DNA of 64,000 nt, taken from contig OZ024751.1 in the NCBI GenBank assembly GCA_964016885.1, positions 6,944,001 through 7,008,000 of the forward strand, read 5' to 3'. Source of the stretch: Eledone cirrhosa (taxonomy: Eukaryota). A program made the position numbers and the translations under genes. Each line of letters starts with the position of its first letter. The stretch's first letter is position 1. Shown in pieces: positions 13,223-28,437 of the stretch. The notes under the pieces were generated by a model, which worked only from the letters and a program-made list of their open reading frames with translations, made no database searches and was not told the DNA's origin.

Positions 13223-14475
13223 TATATATATATATATATATATATGAATATATATATATAGTGTATATACACTAACCATAGGAACTCTTCTAGAACACAA
13301 CACAATAATATAAGGGATAATAAAAACTTAACTAAAAACCGCAAAAGAAACATAACATGGTACAACGCACCCTTCAACCTGCAAACTATTGGACAAATCC
13401 CCCCCAAAATTATTCTTTGAAATACTACATAAACATTTTCCATCAAACCAGAGATGCCACCAAATAATTAACAAATATACTGTTAAATTGTCCTACTCTA
13501 CATCAAACAATCTGAAACAAAAAAATAGGGAACTACAACATTTATAAACTTTAAAATAATATGACTACACCACCGCAACATAATTTAAATAGGACTGCAA
13601 CTTTTAAAAAGACAAATAATACAATCCTTCAACCTAGAAAACACAACCACCCAAATCATCAGCACAAAAACAACACAACACAAAATTACAATACAACTCT
13701 AGCACCAAACCACACGCAAAGCAACCTTCATTATCCTGCTATCATTAATTACAATAGGAATAGCTCAAGGATAAATAAGAATAGTATAGGCACCCCCCAA
13801 AACCATCTTACGTACGGCTGTAATTGCAGAAATAGAAGCATTTGCCTCTTAAATGGCAACTGTTTGATTAATAATGTAATATATAAATGCACTGTGTCTA
13901 CTACAGACTCCAACAAAACATATATAGGATCTACATCAAACATATTTTAGAAAAGATTTTACGCACACCCTAGTAGTTTCAACAATACTAAACTAGCAAA
14001 CACCACATCTTTAGCTGAAGCGGTAAATAATTATAAAAAAAAAAAAAATAAATGTTAAGTTATCGTGGAACACCATTCTACAAAAAACTCCATATCTTGG
14101 AAACAGGAGGGAATGCAGATTATGTTCAGGAGAGATCTTGGAAATTACTAAATCTAAGGACGATTTATTAAATAAAAGACAGGTATTGATCATAGTCTGT
14201 AATCACCGTATACGAAAAACATTTAAATACTATAAACCTAATTAAATATTCTAAATAGCAACTCACTATAATTCCGTGTAGATTAACATTTATTAGTACC
14301 TCTTTCCCCTAATTATATGATTTCATGCTTATTTTTGCCTTTAATGTTTTAGCTTCCTTAGATTTATGCGTAAATGACTAGAGGCAACAAGATACACAGC
14401 CACCCGTAATTTCATGAGTAAAAATAAACATCTATGTATGATATGAAAATATATTTATGTGTGTATATGTTTGTG

Positions 14476-14561
<86 letters not shown>

Positions 14562-14656
14562 TATGTATGTGTATATGTGTATATATGTATATGCTTGTAT
14601 ATGTATATGTATCTGTGTATGTATGTGTATGTATGTATATGTATGTGTATGTATTA

Positions 14657-14727
<71 letters not shown>

Positions 14728-14812
14728 AAGTTTTATTTAAATTGTTGGGTTAACAACGAGTAACTATTTATAACTGATATAAAAGCACTCAACAAGTATT
14801 TGGAGTATATTT

Positions 14813-16061
14813 ACGATATTAAATAAATGGAAACTATATTTATAAAACCATATTTATTTCATTATATATATTTCAGGGATATCATATTAAAAATATGTTA
14901 TGCCTTCTTCAGACAAAATACAATATAAACATTCTTATAAATAGATAGATTCGACATACCTTTCAACTTCGACTTCTATTTGAAAAGTTGATTTGGTAGT
15001 GAAAAAAATATATTAGGGACAGTTATAAAAAGAAAGAAAGATATATTGATATCTGTTCTCTATTTATGCTTGAACGATAATCATGTAGAGTAAAGACATG
15101 AATAGTATTGTTAAAATTAATGTAGACTCTATATATATTTGTGTGTATGTACACATATATGTATACTTAAATTTTTATAGCACAATGAGAATGTTTTCGT
15201 GTGAAATAGGAATTTACAGAGCTGATCACGTAAATTCACATGGATGTGTATAGTATAAAATCTGGGATAACCTTCTATTTTATCTCAACTCTAATATAAA
15301 CCTAGGAATTTTAGACTAGACATATGATCATTATTTTTCACACATTATTGATACGTGTCTCATTCATGAATACTGATATTTACATTATAATGTCTGGTTT
15401 ATACGAATTGATATTTTTTACATTGATGAAACATAGTGTTTTAAATCTGCCTCGTTTTTGTCTGGATATTTTTGTTTTCTCTCTATGTAACGGCTGTTTT
15501 CTCTCTTAACCACATATATCTCTCTCTACATTAATACTAGAGCTAAATAAATAAATAAATAAATAAATATATCATTGATACATCATTCAACTGGTGCCCA
15601 ACTACTTAGTTTCTTTCTCTCTATCTCTATCTATATCTATCTCTCTATATTTTCTCTCTCTCTCTGTCTCTCTCCTCTCTTCTCTCTCTCTCTCTCTATC
15701 TATCTCCCTCTGTGTTTTTTCCTCTCTCTATATATCTCTCTCTGTTTCTTTACATGAATTTCTTCTCTCTATCTATCTCTCTATATCTATCTCTCTCTAT
15801 TTAGTTGCATGCATTTCTTCTTTTTCTTCGTTTTTCTTTCTTTCTTTTTATAACTGTCCCTAATATATTTTTTTCACTACCAAATCAACTTTTCAAATAG
15901 AAGTCGAAGTTGAAAGGTATGTCGAATCTATCTATTTATAAGACTGTTTATATTGTATTTTGTCTGAAGAAGGCATAACATATTTTTAATATGATATCCC
16001 TGAAATATATATTATGAAATAAATATGGTTTTATAAATATAGTTTCCATTTATTTAATATC

Positions 16062-16063
<2 letters not shown>
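14813..16063. mobile_element. 1.25 kb non-coding element with ~230 bp terminal inverted repeats, each arm carrying an HHR motif
   Basis: 14813-15041 is the near-exact reverse complement of 15835-16063; sits inside the (TA)n tract of the Naiad fragment. Confidence 0.8.
14855..14920 (-). ncRNA. Hammerhead motif, family D (inverted copy 15956-16021)
   Basis: tattttgt-CTGAAGA-agg..cct-GAAA-TATATA-TA-atgaaata. Confidence 0.72.
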
Positions 16064-16105
<42 letters not shown>

Positions 16106-16429
16106 TTTAGGGATACTATTTATGGTTATGTGTATATTAAAAAATGTTATAGTTATGTATATTTTAAACCCTAAACAGTGAACGTCAGTAATTTGTTACT
16201 ACCTTATTACCAGTAAGATAAATAGCTCAATGTAATAACATCAGTTGTTCAACAGAGCAGTTATATAGAATTCACAAGAATCAAAGCTATGTTCAAAGCA
16301 TTTATTCACTTACAATTTTTTCATCCAAACCAAGGCTTGAGTATTCGGACCATTTTTCAATGTTTGTACACATAATTGGCCTCCTTCCAACGCAAGAGAC
16401 ATACAGATACATATATATATATATTGATG

Positions 16430-17470
16430 TACAGTGGAGTGGCATATATTATACTATACTATTTTTGTACAGCAATTCAAATTCAAAGTCAAAATCAAAA
16501 TCAAAATTAAAATAAAAATAAAAATTAAAATACATTCGGCAGATAACACAGATAATGCAATAGGATAGTTTGATAGTCAGGTCTAGTAGGTAGTGTATGC
16601 GTTAGTTTCACGTGGAGCATGCAAGTGTGTCTCATTTGCATGCAATTATTGTGTGGCAGGGTTTTACACGTAATGCAAGCACTTTTAGCGGTTAAGCAAG
16701 AATATTATGGTGGTTGTAGTGGTAAGGTATTTTTTGTATAGAACAAAAAAGTATGTGTGCAGAAAAATAAAAATAAAAAGAAGAAAAAGAAAGTTATGGT
16801 TTTCGTATCTACCATCATTTTCACATTCATAAAAGGTAAGACATAGTTTCTACATCCATCACATAAGTAACGATGATTCCGTATTGAATGTTTGATGCAT
16901 TAAAATAAATTATTTTAGCGTATTGAGGCTCAGTGTTATTTAATCCAAGTTTATAGAATAGGTTGATTCTGCTGCGAGAATTTACAGTGGTTTATTACCC
17001 GGAAGTATGTATGTAATTAAGGTGAGTTAATGCATAAGGGGAGGTAACTAGCCGAATCTCATAACTAAATTCATTGTTCTAACATACATTATAAGGCGCC
17101 TCAATTGAGTCCCTTATATAGACGGTTATACATTTACATCTAGTTTCCAATTTTAAATACAGTCTACTCTATCATTATGTACTAAATGTATCTATATTAA
17201 GTTGATTACTCCCTATTATATAGTGCTACAATTGAATATTCCATACAAAGTGCCGTACCTTTATATCAAAGTTCACTGTAAATGCATTGTACTCTTAGAA
17301 CATATCAGGAGACCTATTAGAATTTTGCCTACATAACCCCTGGCAAATTATGGAGCAGCGTATAGCTGTTTGCATGGCAAAACAAAATACATCTCTAGGG
17401 CAAACAAATGCATCCCTCATTTACAATGTCGTTAATCTATCCATCAAGTTATACTTGCATATATAATTCA
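16430..17470. repeat. ~1 kb unclassified dispersed repeat; second copy inverted at 40237-41303
   Basis: Long reverse-complement identity between the two loci; no ORF. Confidence 0.85.
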
Positions 17471-17911
17471 TATATATATCTATATCTATCTATATATTTA
17501 TATAGTTATGTAATAAACAACATAAGGCAATTATTCCATTTACCAGTGGTTTCTTAAAAGCAAAAAAAAATTGCTTTCAATTATCAGAATGAAAACATCC
17601 TGGTGTTTTTATTGACGTTGGATTTTAAAAACAAAAATGCAATCTATATGAAAGTGAGGCTGGAAAAGGAAGAAGGAAAGGAAAAATAAAATAAAAACAC
17701 ACATGCAAACACCCCCACACACACACAATTATATACATACACATATATATATATATGTATATATACATACACACATACATCCACACACACATATATATAC
17801 ACACACACACACATATATATGTGTATATATATACATACACATACATATATGCATACATATATACACACATAAATATCAACATATCCATACATACACATAC
17901 ATATATACAAC

Positions 17912-17965
<54 letters not shown>

Positions 17966-18109
17966 CATACAAATACACATACATACACATATACATACAC
18001 ATACATACATACATACATACATACACACAATCATACGAATATAAACACGAACATGCATACACAACAATAGAAATATATACACACACCTCTACATACTCAC
18101 ACACATATT

Positions 18110-18228
18110 TAATATAGATGGGATTCTACAGGACTAGAACTGTTTCATTCTTTAGAAATCATCAGTATTCCTGATGATTTCTAAAGATTGAATCAGTTGT
18201 AGTCCTGTAGAATCACATCTATATTAAA
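18110..18228. ncRNA. Back-to-back hammerhead motifs, family F (18122-18169 -, 18166-18214 +; another at 38957-39005 +)
   Basis: Consensus gattc-CTGATGA-tttctaaagaat-GAAA-CAG..CTG-TA-gaatc; each copy has a lesion. Confidence 0.65.
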
Positions 18229-18297
18229 ACTGTTATACTCTGCTATGTATTGAGTACCTTACTTACTGTGGTTACCTCCGATTCAACCCGGAATAAC

Positions 18298-18347
<50 letters not shown>

Positions 18348-18914
18348 TGTTTGGTTGGTTTTCGCTTTTCGCTTCTGTGTCTTTTATATCGGTTAATTTA
18401 ATTTATTCGGTCCTCAATGTTGCCATTGACTGACCCTCGCAGTATAACAATATCTGTTTCTACACACGATTTCATATCAAAAACCTCGCAAAGCTAATTC
18501 ATCGCCGTTATATATATATATATATTGAGCATGTTTTGGTTGTTTACCGACTCCTCAGTATGCAGTTTGGAGCACTCGACGAAGTACGCAGGTTCGTTTG
18601 TTTACTCCGGAGTAATGTAACATAAGTAAGTCAAACTGGAATCATATCATGATATGATTCCAGTTCCTCTGAAGACACATCCAGGCGCTGGACATATGGT
18701 TGAATTGACACAGTGGAACACATTACAACACCATGTTTACCTGTGTGTTGTACATTAATTCGTACTGACTGATGAGGTCGCAGTAAATAATAGCTGTCAC
18801 TGAATATATAGCAGAGAATTATAACAAGCGAAGCCAACTTTAACATGTTTTAATTAATTATTTTATATACATATATTATATCCATATCTATAAATATCTA
18901 TCTATCCATACATA

Positions 18915-18997
<83 letters not shown>

Positions 18998-18998
18998 G

Positions 18999-19087
<89 letters not shown>

Positions 19088-22000
19088 GTAACTCCGTATT
19101 TATGTGTGCGTGTGAAAGTATATGTATGTGTGATGTATATGAAGAACAATAAAGCTTCTGTATGTGTTGCTTTATGAAGAATTATAAACAATCGAAATTG
19201 ATACCAAATGTTATGTAACGTCTAACTAATTAAATCTAAATTCGTTTTAAGAAAGATTCATGTAAACAGAGTTATTACAATGCAATTCTTAATTACTTTC
19301 TATTATTATGATTTGAGACAATCTATGTAGAAATTCTTCTAGTTTCAATTATGTTCTTATCTCGACGGAGTTTGATACACGATAAATTAATTATTTCGTA
19401 CATTGTTTTCCTCTCAGATCAACAGATGTTGAATTGTAAAGATATATAAAGATATATAGTTTCTTGTTTTCTTTAATGCCTGCTTCTCAATGAGCCTGCA
19501 TTAACGTCTCAAGAGATTTACTGTTTATTTATCTGCATATTGAACAACATCAACCTATGTTTGGATACTTATACATAAGAAAACAACCGGATTCTGTAAT
19601 AATGTCGTAATTCTCCTTTCGATTAACTTCTACAAAACGTATGAAACTTATAGAAATATTTTTCATAAGCGATCACTTCCATACACAAATATAGACACAC
19701 ATACACTCTTACGCACACTCATACGTATGAGCAGGCATTTATTGTGGAATATGAATTTCCTCATGTATGTTTGTATATGAATATATACGTGCGTATTTCC
19801 TGAGTAGATTGTTTTGTAATAGCGACAATAGAATTTTCAGAAATGCCTGAAGTTCAAAGACATAAATATAGACTAATTAGGAATAATTTCATAACGTTCT
19901 GTGGTACAAACACTTCTACAAACATATACACAAACAAACACGAAGCATTAAGGTTTTTGTCGTCTTTTTAAAATATCCATTAACTTTCTCAATGATATAT
20001 CTGTTTTTGTACTTTAATTTCCAATTCATATGAAAGCCTAAGAGAAATTAATAATTTTGAATATCCATTGCTGTTTACATTAAACAAATCTATTACTCGA
20101 ATTCAGACAGTAATTTCAAACGGACTCAAATATTTAGATATGAATAGATATCAAATTCTATAATTATTTCTTTTGAAAATAATTCGAATCATATGAAAAG
20201 ATTTACAGTCGATTAGAAATTGCGAATAATATATCGATCTGTCTTAATTACCTCAGTTTACAATATACTATGTAGTTATGTTGCAACTGTTGAACTAATG
20301 TATGTCAAAAGTGTGTATCAATCATTAAGTCTAGACAAACATAGAACTCTTGTCATACTTGACTGAAAATAAAAACATGTTCAGAATATTTCTTAATTCA
20401 CAGTTTTAGTAGAAAAACCTTGTCCTCGGGCAAAAGGTTAATTTTTCATTCGTAAAATGCAATAATTGACAAGTTCACCTCAATCTAACATCAGAATATT
20501 CATAACGAAGAGAGAGAATGCAATTAGAAAGACAACGTAAGGAATCTGCTATTCTTATATTGTTGATTCCAGCTCTGACTAATCACACCTGTGATAAAAT
20601 ATATTAAAGACAAAACAATCCTATCATTATTCATAATGTGCATTTGTTTCTTAAAGGAGTCGGCTTCCCATTCAACGAATTTTTGGCTGTTCTTTTTAAC
20701 AGGCAATGACCACATAGCTGGTTCATTTTACTAGATTACTAATTTGTTTTAACGATGAGTATCAATATCTAAACTTACCATATAATATAACATGGTCATA
20801 TGTATAGAGGGGTTGTATCAAAGAGGCTATATTTGAAAAACTATATATTAAAATCAAATGACACTTTAATCATGGGGTACTTTGTATAATATATGTCTGA
20901 ATATAAAGCTTTATTATTTTTGTATAAGCTAAACATTTTCATAAAGATATCTTCGTGTTGTGCATTTGTGAAATTTGTAAATAAATTAGATGATTCGTTT
21001 TGATACAGCCTGTATAATGTTAATATTTTGACACACAATTGAACGGGTAGGACAATATCAATAGCTGTCATAAAGTCATCATATTTATTCGCAATTTAAT
21101 TCCTTATATGTGTCCTTATAAACACACCAAGGAAAATAATAGTGCATTCATTTCTTTCGCAGAAAGCATTGCTATATAACAATCAAAATACATACCGTAC
21201 CCATAATAATATATTAGAAATAGTATTGTATCATAAATTTATCTAATTTCTTACACCCTGACTATATATTGATATCAATAACTGCACTGATGATATCATT
21301 ATTAACACATTTAATAGAGCAACATTATATCAATTTTAGTTATTGTTGTCAGTGATTCGATAACTAAATATGGTTCAACTGAGAAGTTGTTTAATCTTAC
21401 CATGAGGTTTAATTAATGATCTCACATCTTATTAATACGTTTCTATGATTGAGACTGGCATGTTGTAAATCATTAATAACCGTGCAAATGAATTCCTATT
21501 TAAGGCTGCGATAACGCTGGAGAATTCTTTGAAGTTATTTAATATATTCAACCTCAGATATTAACACGTGTAAATTCTATTCAACATCGAAGATCATGCT
21601 TTAATTGCTATACAAGATATTGCATTATATGAAAAGTGACGCATAACATAACGGCGCTAATATTAATGTCATCAGGAGCCTTATTAGTTGAGGAAATGAA
21701 CGTATCATTTCACAAAGCAATCAGTAATTGCAGCATTAGAGAGAAATCCGTTCCAATATAATTACGTGTATTTCTAACACTTATTTCTTTACATTAATTG
21801 GTTCAACATTGTTGGTGGAATAATCCGAGCGTGGGATTGTTTAGCAGGCTCATATGTATTCCTATAAAAGATTTATGGATTTGTTATGCTCGGGCATTTA
21901 GACGCACTGTACTCGTAGGTATTGTTTCACACATTTACAGGGATATTTCTGCTCAGCAGACATGTACAATTTCATGTAGTGTATTTCATGTATTTACTGC

Positions 22001-22373
22001 ATATTATGTCTGAGTAGTGTACTTAAAACAAATAATCATTTTGGACCACTCTTTGAAAAGAATTTCAAATCAGCAGCGCAATCTATCACGCCATCGATCA
22101 ATATCACACCGATATCCTTAGTGTAGATATTCTGCAACTCAATAGCATGTAGGTAGAGCTAATAAGATTTTAGGTTTGTCTCAGTACTAAACACCTACAA
22201 TCAGTAATTTAGACTTGTGCCATTATGCGAAACATAAATCGGGTTTGCTAACAGAATGTTAATCAGTTGCTTCGACCAGCGCCAATTCGCATCATTCGTA
22301 AGAATTTAACACATGTTAGATGGCAGGGTATAGCGAAACTATTCACACGCTTTACTGACACATACACACTCAC

Positions 22374-22474
<101 letters not shown>

Positions 22475-23094
22475 ATGTATGTTCTGCGTGTATATGTGTA
22501 TGTGTGCGTGTGCTCAGATAGAAATAGTGTTTTGGAAAGTATTCTGCTATATATACCATTATGTTTCTATTACATTACCGCCATTTCAAATTTATTGTAT
22601 ATGAGGGTGACTATGAATGGAGTGGTAAACGGCCATCCATGCATAAGCTCAATTTGTATTAGGATATTTAAATTCTATTATCTTCCTGCATTTTCGTTAG
22701 ACGATCATTGATTATATGCATACGCACGATATGAAATATATTTCGTTTGCTAAAATAACCAAAATGTAAATATATGATGTATAATCAAAACTAGGGTTTC
22801 ATATTCTAATGAATAATTCAAAACATGAAAGCAAAGCATAAATCTACATTGAAATGACTTAGGTTGGTATATGCATTTTCTAAAAATCTGAATTCATCGA
22901 GATGAAGGTCATGGCTACAAGACATATATTCAGAAAAATCTACGTCTTATTTCTGATTCGGAGTAAACAATGCTAAACTAGAAATAAGGTTCTTAGATTC
23001 GGAGCATAAACATTTAATCAAACATTTTATATTAAAAACACGTATGAATTAAGCATTCACACACACACGCACATTATATATAAATATATATATA

Positions 23095-23930
23095 TGGTTT
23101 CTGAATTTGTTTAGCAAGATTCTTTATCTGAAAACGTGTGTTGAAACCGATATTGTTGTACTTTGGGAGGGTCATGTTGCAAATAAGAAAAAAACACACC
23201 AGTTGCTTTCACTTCAATTTATTATAAATTAAATTTATAAATTTCCGGTTGGTTGGTTGGTTCCACAACCAGTCGATTGTTTATATATTGTGAAAGTTCT
23301 TTCGTCACACATTATGTGACCTCTTCAGTGACTGGGGATTCTTTTCTTGGTTTTTGTGCCTCTCCTTTGTTCTGTCCTACGCCATCTTGTTTTTGTATGT
23401 GTTGTGTGCTTAGTTTGCGCACGTGTTACATCCGGGTGTCTGTGTGTGTTTATATTTGTTTATTTATTTGTTTATTTACATGTTACTGGTTGGTTGTTTG
23501 TTCTATGTGTGTGTGTGTTTTCATTTTGTCCTTAATTGTAAGTTGTGATGTTGCTGTTCCATTTTTTTTCTATTTAATTTTGGTTGGAGTTCATTTATGC
23601 TTATTGCCTCTGTGATTTGTCTAAACATTGCGTCTTTTCTGTGTGTAGATTCTATTTTTATTTCTATGTTCTCTAATTTACCCTTATGTTCTATTTTAGA
23701 ATGTTGGTGGCGTACAGATGATTCTTTACTATCTTGAAGCTCTCGCCAGTGTTCATTTATCCGTTCCCCTATACAACGAGCTGTCTCACCTATGTACACT
23801 ATATTCTTATCTCTACATTGTCCTTCGGTACATCTTATGCTATATACTACATTTCTAGTTTACAGTTAATATGGAGGCTTTATTTACATGTTATACATTT
23901 CTTATCTATACAGGGAGATCTTTGAAAAGA
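23095..23930 (-). mobile_element. Second Neptune-like PLE fragment (GIY-YIG + pLTR), same family as 10428-11800
   Basis: YIGETARCIGERINEHW..RQITEAISI; pLTR near-identical to 10428-10770. Confidence 0.88.
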
Positions 23931-23940
23931 TATATGTGTG

Positions 23941-24420
<480 letters not shown>

Positions 24421-24428
24421 TCATCAAA

Positions 24429-24484
<56 letters not shown>

Positions 24485-24730
24485 TCCAGAGGTTGGCTGG
24501 ACATGCTCACCGACATCCAGAGTTGACATTGCACTCAGTGCTCCTTTGGGAGCCCCTACATGGACACACTAGAAGAGGAAGACCAAGGTTAACATATGTT
24601 GATGCCCTAAGGACAGACACTGGTCTGTTGGAGATGCAGGATATGGCAGCGATAATGAGGGACAGAGACCGCTGGAGAGAACTCGTCCATGGATCTCGGG
24701 AATTTTACCCGCCTTAGATAGATATATATA
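24485..24730 (+). mobile_element. RTE-group LINE 3' end
   Basis: RLAGHAHRH..LLWEP.HG..RRGRPRLTYVD.L..DRDRWR, stop, short tagata tail. Confidence 0.75.
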
Positions 24731-24962
24731 AATGGAAAAGAATGAAACGAAATTTCCTTTCTCACTCTTAGTATGGCTGGTACTTAAATGTAAATATGTA
24801 TGTATACGTACATACATATATGTATACAGACGTACAGTAGTATGTATATATATACATACATGTATATATATATACATACAAAATAACGATGGTTGCCTGA
24901 AAACTGTACGGCGTAATTCGGTCCGTTTGTTTACAAATGTTCGGTAAACCCATACGTACATA
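24730..24962. repeat. Partial, internally inverted piece of the retrozyme-like repeat
   Basis: Matches segments of the 28460-29072 unit in both orientations. Confidence 0.75.
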
Positions 24963-25025
24963 TATATACATATATATATATACATATACATATATATACA
25001 TATACATATATATACATATATATAC

Positions 25026-27149
25026 ATTGACTTCTCTACCAAGAACATCCCAATCCCACCGAAAAAACTTTACCTTCGGATGCTCACGCAAAAAATTGAT
25101 CTATTTGCGAAAAGACTTAGATGGAGAACTTTTTTCTATGACAGATATTGCGACAACTAAGACTTCGGCACCAAGGAGAGATTCGGATTTATTACCTACA
25201 AATCTCCGCCCCTGAACCCCTTGCTCGCACCCTTCGAGAATGACCTCTTCCAACTGGTCAAGAACATTACATTTAAACCCAGACACAACCGATTCCTACA
25301 AAAACTCCGTAGCAACTTAACAGAGTATGATAACACAAATGACATCATGGTGCATTCGGATAAAACTGGGAACCTATACTTTGTCAACCCTGACAGATAC
25401 CACACACTGATCAGGAGCAGCCTAAACTCCACCTATAAAAAGGCCAACCACTCTTGTATCGAGGACATAAATCGAGATGGACAACAAATCACCTCCAGCC
25501 TCGGGGTCGCCGACCGCACGGAACCTCTAGACCCACGGACACCATACTTCACACTGAAGGACCATAAATCCGATTTTGACCGTAAACCCTCCATCAGGCT
25601 TATTAACCCAACGAAGTCCGACATAGGGAGAATCAGCAAAAAAATCCTAGACCGCGTGATACTAAAAGTCAAGCAACACACCCGACTTAGCCTATGGATC
25701 AACACCCAGGAAGTAATCTCCTGGTTCAGCAATATGGAGGATAAACGAGAAACTAAATTCATACAGTTCGACATAGAGAGCTACTATGCTTCAATCACCT
25801 TACCGCTACTTACTGCCGCCTTGGACTTCGCCGAAACACTCGTGCCCATCACCGACCAGGAAAGAAAAATCATCCTCCACGCCAGGAAGACAGTCTTACT
25901 CTTTGACGACTCTAAATGGATAAAAAGAGCTCCCGACTCACCCTTCGACGTCAGCATGGGCGCCACGGATTCGGCGGAGGTCACTGATCTTATAGGATTA
26001 TTCCTAATAGCCAAACTCACTGATATGTTTCCTGCATTCGGTGGTGGATTGTACCGTGATGATGGGCTCCTTACCCTTAAAGGGTACAACCCCAGTAGTA
26101 CAGATCGGGTCCGGAAACAATTAATCAGATTCTTCCGCGACTGGGGATTTAAAATAACCCTACAAACGTCCCTGACCCGAGTAAACTTCCTGGACGTAAC
26201 CCTCGACCTCGAAAACGACCTGTACTACCCATACAGGAAACCTAATGACAATCTGCACTACATCCACCGCCGATCAAACCATCCTAGGAACATCACAAAC
26301 AACCTGGTCAAAAACATCTCCCTCCGCATATCCCGTTTGTCAGCTAATGAGCGGATATTCGATGAACATGCGCCTTATTACAACCAGGCCCTCCGGGAGG
26401 AAATATCCTAATGTCCAGCTCCCATTAGCGGAACCAGCAGGAGACACCGCCGCTCACGCAATGTAACATGGTTCAATCCTCCCCACAACGCAGAGGTGAC
26501 TACTCCCATCGGGAAACTATTCTTTAGGCTCATTGAAAAACACTTCCCATTACAACACCGCTACCACAACATAATTAACAAAAATACCATCAAACTCTCT
26601 TACAGCACTACACCAAACTTCGCACAAAACACCGTCTCCTCTAACAACAAAAAACTCAACCCCGATGGCAGAAATAACTTAATTAGCAGTGGAGAACCGA
26701 CCAGGAGGTGTAACTGCCCGGATAGATCTATTTGCCCACTCGACAATAGATGCAGAGACCGTAATGTGATCTACCAGTGCAACGTGAGGACGGATACCTC
26801 CAACAAAGCCTATATAGGACTTACCGCATGTGACTTCAAGACCCGGCTATACCAACATAGACATACCTTCCGAAACCCGGCCCGGCGTCACGCCACTACA
26901 CTTTCGGGCCACATATGGGACCTCAAGGACAACAACATCACCTATGATCTCACTTGGAGATTACTGTCCAGAGCCAATTCTTACACGGGAGGACGCCGTC
27001 CGTGCAATTTATGCTCGGAGGAAACTTTACAAATGCTGTCTTCGACGGACCAACTCCTAAACAAGAAAGATGAACTGGTTACTGCATGTAAACATAGATT
27101 GCGTAGGACTTACCTCGCCCTCAAACCCCATAATGACCCGGTGGGGTAG
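25026..27149 (+). pseudogene. PLE polyprotein (RT, CxC..C..C linker, GIY-YIG)
   Basis: FSTKNIPIP..FAKRLRWR, SDKT, FDIESYYASI, MGATDSAE, YRDDGL, NFLDVTL, TWFNPP, CNC..CPL..C, VIYQC..YIGLT..FKTR..H, CNLC..E; TAA at 25158 and a frameshift near 26400. Confidence 0.92.
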
Positions 27150-28252
27150 ACTAGGGCTATAACACCCCAGTTGCCGATTTTGCAATGGGTAACCCCTGCT
27201 TGCCAAGGAAGACGTAAGATCTTCTTTGTATTCTTTTATCGCTTCCTTTATTTCCTTCCCCCCTCTCCCCTTTGTCCTTCTACCCCAGCTCTTCTCCTTT
27301 GTCGGCGTCTTTTCTCGCCCACCCGAGGCTGCCCTTTGGCCCCATGTAGCCTTAGTACCCCCACCCCACCTCCCCTAGTCTTTGATAGATTTGGCGGACT
27401 CCGCCCTTTATAGCAGTTGGCTTAGACCCCGGATACTTTCCCCCTTTTTCCGACCGCTCCCACTATTCTCTGTGCCCTCTATATTTCTTAGTGGCACATG
27501 CCTTATTTTTTCGTTTCAGTATTTCTTGCTTCGCTTTTCTTCTGGGCGGGGTGGATTCTGAATTTATTTCTCCGTATTCTACCTTTATTTCGTACGAACT
27601 TTCATGTAGCTTGTTTTAGATCTTTTAGAGTTAGCATTAGTATATATTTTTCTCGGGACTCAGAATTATTATCTCGTACAAGTTCACTTTGCTGCACTGG
27701 GTCGTTGCTGGCCCGGGATGGAAACCTTTATTGTTTATTTCGTGGTAGTCTCTTTAGTATTTTGGCCCCCTTTGTTGACCCGTCACCGTATCATTTACGT
27801 ACTTATACCTCTTAAAAGGGTCCTTGCCTTATCCGTCCCACCTAGTTCTCTTACTTATTTCCTTATTTATTTATTTATTTATTTATTTACTTCTTTCTTT
27901 CTTTCTTTATTTTATTCTCGCCTAACAATAGCCTGGCACCTAGGTCGTAGAATTTAATTTACTTTACTTTTCTTTACACTTATTTGCTTTTCTTCACTCT
28001 CAGTATTTTTTCTTTCCTATTTCTACCCCCCATTGTTCTACCTACCGTTCCGACTTCCTCCCCCTCCCCCTCCCCTGTATCTTCTTTGACCTCATGCCCA
28101 GCTGTAGCTGGCACTACCAACGCTTGATTGGGTCTACTCCACCCCCTCCCCTCTTTCTCCTACTGGCAGGTTTAGCCACCATCTCCCCTACTAATTTGCA
28201 ACCACAGAATTACTACTGATTTTTGACAATCACCTTGACCATATATGGAATT

Positions 28253-28346
28253 ACCCCTTGAGAAGATCGGCTATTTAAATACCAGGATAAATTTTCATTT
28301 AGTCCAGAATTAGCCGTCGAAACGGCTTGAGCTCAGCTGTCGGGGT
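28253..28346 (+). ncRNA. Hammerhead with U3-A8 core and extended stem II, family G (second copy 56868-56962)
   Basis: acccc-TTGAGAA-ga.cggcta..tagccg.tc-GAAA-CGGC..GCTG-TC-ggggt. Confidence 0.72.
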
Positions 28347-28437
28347 CTTACTGGTTCCTATTACCCACTCTACTACCTCAAGTATTGAGTACTTTGGTGC
28401 GTTATGGTCCACCTGGTTCCTTACCACATTTCCTTCG

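Larger units (their letters stand above)
13270..16410 (+). mobile_element. Naiad-like PLE 3' fragment (linker + GIY-YIG + long 3' region) with a nested insertion at 14725-16065
   Basis: RKRNITWYNAPF, CNCRNRSICLLNGNC..VIYKC..YIGST; 3' region collinear with the copy at 48395-50055. Confidence 0.85.

Noticed and set aside
18631-18846. Short ORF and 30 bp perfect palindrome (18635-18664) as host exon or miRNA
   Set aside because: No recognisable domain or splice context; a loopless palindrome is not a pre-miRNA fold
25026-27149. Possible selenocysteine recoding, reported for some Naiad elements
   Set aside because: The conserved Cys positions are ordinary Cys codons; the lesions are a TAA and a frameshift, not in-frame TGA
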